64,000 bases of DNA, from contig CAZPWM010000002.1 of the NCBI GenBank assembly GCA_964590575.1, forward strand, positions 1 through 64,000, in the 5' to 3' direction. Below the pieces are notes generated by a model. The model made no database searches. It saw only the letters and a list, made by a program, of their open reading frames with translations, and had not been told where the DNA came from. Of this stretch, positions 60,779-64,000 are shown in pieces. The position numbers and the translations under genes were made by a program. Every line of letters starts with the position of its first letter. The first letter of the stretch is position 1. Origin of the DNA: an uncultured archaeon (GTDB taxonomy: Archaea > Asgardarchaeota > Thorarchaeia > Thorarchaeales > Thorarchaeaceae).

Positions 60779-63700
60779 ATGGGTCGCAAGCCTAGGGAGA
60801 TACATCCGAATGCAATACTGACTGTCTCGATCTATACAGGACTTGCTGCATTGGTCAGGCTTGCGAGAAAGCGAGTTGACAAGAAGACACGGAAATACCT
60901 TGAGAGCATTCTAACACATTGGAGCAAAGCTCGAGAAGAACACAAGAAGAATCGAGAGAGTGTTGGAAGACAACGACTTGACTTCTCCTCAATCAAGAAC
61001 GCAGAGTCCAACATGCGAAAATTCTTCCTCAAGATTCTCTGGCACAGTACGCGACGTTATGGGAACAAGGAATTCAAGCGGGTATACAGCTGGGAAGAGG
61101 GAACTGTTGGACCACTTAATGCATTACTCAACTACCTTGGAGCCCGACTGAGAGACCTAGCAATGACCAGATATCCATTTCCAGAACCCGAGAAATTCCA
61201 GATCAGGGTATATCCAGATGAGACAAGATTGACGGTTCAAAAGAAACACGTGTCTAATTATGCACAGGATAATGCTGAAGACACATACTGGAAGGCAGGA
61301 TACAAGGGAAACAGGAAACATCCCACAGTGTTGTTGACACACCCCTCACTACCAGGATTGGACTTTGTTGATATGATACGTGCCCATGGTGTTGAGCTTG
61401 TCCGTCAGTGTTTCATCCACAATGTTCCACGGTCTGAAGCTCACAGGTACATCAGATTGTTGCTCCATAGACTCACTCCGTTCTTGGACCATGTCTATAC
61501 TCAAGGAAAGTGTGGTAGAAACTACTTCGAGCCAGATGCCGACAAGGAGCTCAGAAGACTGGTTCTGGAGATCCGTAGTCGATACAGTGGGCGTGTGGGG
61601 AAGAAACAGTCCATATCCAGAGGTCTGGACCTGGACATCCCGGAACCCGATGTGGACATCTTGTGGAAGAAAGTGAGTGAGCTGGTTGAAAACACTCAGG
61701 ACAAGAAGACAAGAAAGAGATACGGAAAGATTCTGGATAATATTGACCAAGGACTAATTGTAGACAGGGACATCCAGAAGCTCTATGACCAGGTCTTTGC
61801 CCTTGGACAGAAGGAGGGAAATGACTGGCACAGAGTCCTCCTGTCGGACCTTCACCACCCCGTGTCGTTGAGGTCTGTGATCTTTGCTGGGGACAGGATG
61901 CTTGACAAGCCCACATCGGTCCTGATTGTAGCCGAACTCCCAGTGAAAGGACTCGAAGGGATTGGACGCATAGATTTGACCGTGTTCATCAGGCTAAACA
62001 TCAAGGGGCGCGTGTTCTGGAGTCCTGTGATGGTCATTGAGGTCAAGTCAAAGACCTCTTTCGACTTCAATCTCTATGCTGTGAAGACTGGTAAGAAGAA
62101 AGAGTGGCCCCCAGTACTATACGTATGGAAGAGAATTCTGACACAGGAGGAATGGGACAGGACCATAGAGTCAGACCCTGATGACCGGGTCTTAAAGCAA
62201 CTCGAGGCCTACGAAAAGGCATTGTTGGAGGAGAGCAGGACTCTGATTCCCAATGGTGTCGAACTCCCAAAGAGGCTCCTGAAGGGAGTTATTGTGCTTG
62301 ACACAGATCAGGACTACTCGGAGGTATTCAATGCTTTCCACACTCTTCTCGATGAACTGACCACTGAGATTCTCAAAGGCGGACTTGATGTGAGAGCAAC
62401 TCAGACACTGTCTCTCAAGTCAGATGATGTTGGTGTTACCATTCCACGAGTTGCACTGATGCTTCTAGAGAGCGAGAACATAGACACATTCCTCAGGGAG
62501 CAGTCAGCTACTTTGTCACTCTCTGTTGAGAATCCCTTCAAGGAGAGAGTGTCTGATGACCGTCTGCTGACACACTATGTTTCAATTTCTTCTTCAACAT
62601 CTTTCGGGAACGCAGCAGCATGGGTTTCTAGAAACTGGCACCTTTTGAACCACATCGAGGAGGTCGCTGAAGGATTGAGTGAGGACCTACAAGTCTACTG
62701 GCTCGATCTCTTGGGTGACTATCCATCCAAACAACTCATCAAGAGAAGGTTTGGTCTTGACACTCTATTGAAGCACAAGCAGATTGCCAAGAAGAGGCAT
62801 GAAGCACTGACCTCTCTCCTTGAGAGTATCACCTTTGTCAACCTGAGAAACAATGTTGAGTCTATTATCTCTGGGGAATCTGCCGAACTCCAAGAGATCA
62901 AGATGAAAGGCCCTCATGACATGGAGAGAATCATCATTGTTGATGGATGGGTTCAAATCAGAGAGATGGTTTCTCCAGGTGAAGCGGACATTCTGAGAAA
63001 CTTTGAAAACCACCTCTTAGATGTTCTACCCACCCAGAATGTGAATGTGATTTGGATTGACAGTGGAGTCACCCACACAAAGATGAACAAGCACTATCAG
63101 AGGGCCTGTATAAGACCTCTACGTCACGACTCCCCTCGCCGGTTTCACATAGACGAAATTATCTACAATGTACCAACTGCACCACGGTTGTTTGGTTGGA
63201 GGGTTCCAAGAAATGAGGACACGAGGTTCATCATCCAAGACACTCCAACCTCCGCAGATCCCTGGATACGACCCATAAGAGTGCCGCAACTGAGGGGATG
63301 GGCCCGAAAGTATCGAGGAGTCACAAAAAGGGATGGATTCGTCGACCCAGCAGATGTCTATGGGATTGACTTCGAGGGAGTACCTATGTATGGTCGTTCT
63401 GTGACACTCAATGAGGTCCACTCATCGATTGCACCCCTGACATCTGAAACTGTAAAACATCTGCAAGGAATTGGAAAGACCCTCATCCCAAGTCTATCAA
63501 GGCGAGAGGAATCAGCTCCAGACAGACAGTCAACAGAGAAACAATGGAGGGGGGTTCCGTTGCCCGTCACCAGAAAGGACTCTCCTTCACTCACCGACAG
63601 AATGACTTTCACACCTGGGAGACCTCCTCCACAGCATCACAAGAATAGGGGATTGTATGTTGATTTCTTGAAAATCAAGAGGGGCTGGTACTATGACAGA

Positions 63701-64000
63701 ATCCCCATTGATATCAATGACGAGGAGTATGAGGTGGGAGTTTCCCGAAGACCACCAATATATCGAAGGACTGGACTGGATGAGGTGGATTCACAAAAAG
63801 TCCGCAGGAGAGAGGTCAAACGAGTCATGAGCGCAGCGAGATTCCTGAGAAGACAGCTTGACAAAGACAAGAATAGTCGCCTTCACTCATGCTGCGGCGA
63901 CATTATCAGAGTGTGCGCAGATGTGCTCTCAGACACCCATGATGAAGAGGCCTTGTTGGTCGTTCTATCGGAGGTTAGAGGCATCATTCTCCGTGATTCT
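60779..64000 (+). CDS. Large protein (at least 1074 aa, 3'-truncated) with central PD-(D/E)xK nuclease domain; absent from the ORF track
   Basis: Manual translation from ATG 60779 (MGRKPREIHPNAIL...) shows no stop up to base 64000; AELPV...GRIDL...MVIEVKSK...QLEAY motifs. Confidence 0.8.
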   Translation, partial: MGRKPREIHPNAILTVSIYTGLAALVRLARKRVDKKTRKYLESILTHWSKAREEHKKNRESVGRQRLDFSSIKNAESNMRKFFLKILWHSTRRYGNKEFKRVYSWEEGTVGPLNALLNYLGARLRDLAMTRYPFPEPEKFQIRVYPDETRLTVQKKHVSNYAQDNAEDTYWKAGYKGNRKHPTVLLTHPSLPGLDFVDMIRAHGVELVRQCFIHNVPRSEAHRYIRLLLHRLTPFLDHVYTQGKCGRNYFEPDADKELRRLVLEIRSRYSGRVGKKQSISRGLDLDIPEPDVDILWKKVSELVENTQDKKTRKRYGKILDNIDQGLIVDRDIQKLYDQVFALGQKEGNDWHRVLLSDLHHPVSLRSVIFAGDRMLDKPTSVLIVAELPVKGLEGIGRIDLTVFIRLNIKGRVFWSPVMVIEVKSKTSFDFNLYAVKTGKKKEWPPVLYVWKRILTQEEWDRTIESDPDDRVLKQLEAYEKALLEESRTLIPNGVELPKRLLKGVIVLDTDQDYSEVFNAFHTLLDELTTEILKGGLDVRATQTLSLKSDDVGVTIPRVALMLLESENIDTFLREQSATLSLSVENPFKERVSDDRLLTHYVSISSSTSFGNAAAWVSRNWHLLNHIEEVAEGLSEDLQVYWLDLLGDYPSKQLIKRRFGLDTLLKHKQIAKKRHEALTSLLESITFVNLRNNVESIISGESAELQEIKMKGPHDMERIIIVDGWVQIREMVSPGEADILRNFENHLLDVLPTQNVNVIWIDSGVTHTKMNKHYQRACIRPLRHDSPRRFHIDEIIYNVPTAPRLFGWRVPRNEDTRFIIQDTPTSADPWIRPIRVPQLRGWARKYRGVTKRDGFVDPADVYGIDFEGVPMYGRSVTLNEVHSSIAPLTSETVKHLQGIGKTLIPSLSRREESAPDRQSTEKQWRGVPLPVTRKDSPSLTDRMTFTPGRPPPQHHKNRGLYVDFLKIKRGWYYDRIPIDINDEEYEVGVSRRPPIYRRTGLDEVDSQKVRRREVKRVMSAARFLRRQLDKDKNSRLHSCCGDIIRVCADVLSDTHDEEALLVVLSEVRGIILRDS

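Noticed and set aside
60832-63612. Short track ORFs in the last 3.2 kb
   Set aside because: Out-of-frame or antisense shadows of the long frame starting at 60779
60779-64000. Giant ORF as an R2-like rRNA-targeting retroelement or TnpA transposase
   Set aside because: No YxDD reverse-transcriptase, HUH-Y1 or serine-recombinase motif in the visible part; the unseen C-terminus cannot be judged

Overview
Archaeal chromosomal segment, most likely from an Asgard archaeon (Thorarchaeia-like). This is inferred from a Rab-like GTPase, a WD40 protein, an archaeal 23S rRNA with an enlarged ES39 region, and archaeal TATA and GGTGA Shine-Dalgarno (SD) signals. Positions 1-52 kb hold mostly housekeeping and metabolic genes (P-type Mg2+ ATPase, MFS transporters, DUF134/NifX/MinD-FeS cluster, acyl-CoA synthetase, NrdJ, transketolase, SerS, Nth, Mer-like reductases, two DNA methyltransferases, bacterial-type RNase PH) plus several micro-ORFs missed by the ORF track. 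An unlinked 23S rRNA gene (about 52.87-55.93 kb) has a perfect bulge-helix-bulge (BHB) processing stem and is preceded by a ~320-nt structured non-coding segment. Downstream lies an accessory region with a HEPN-motif gene, a TnpB with a rearranged (Fanzor-type) RuvC site, and, head-to-head with it, an unlisted ORF of at least 1074 aa containing a PD-(D/E)xK nuclease motif. Joining the two flanks of the tnpB element gives a 24/26 match to the 3' arm of the 23S processing stem, so its predicted guide plus a TTGAC target-adjacent motif (TAM) would point at the host pre-rRNA processing site. All family calls come from motif recognition by eye; no database searches were run.
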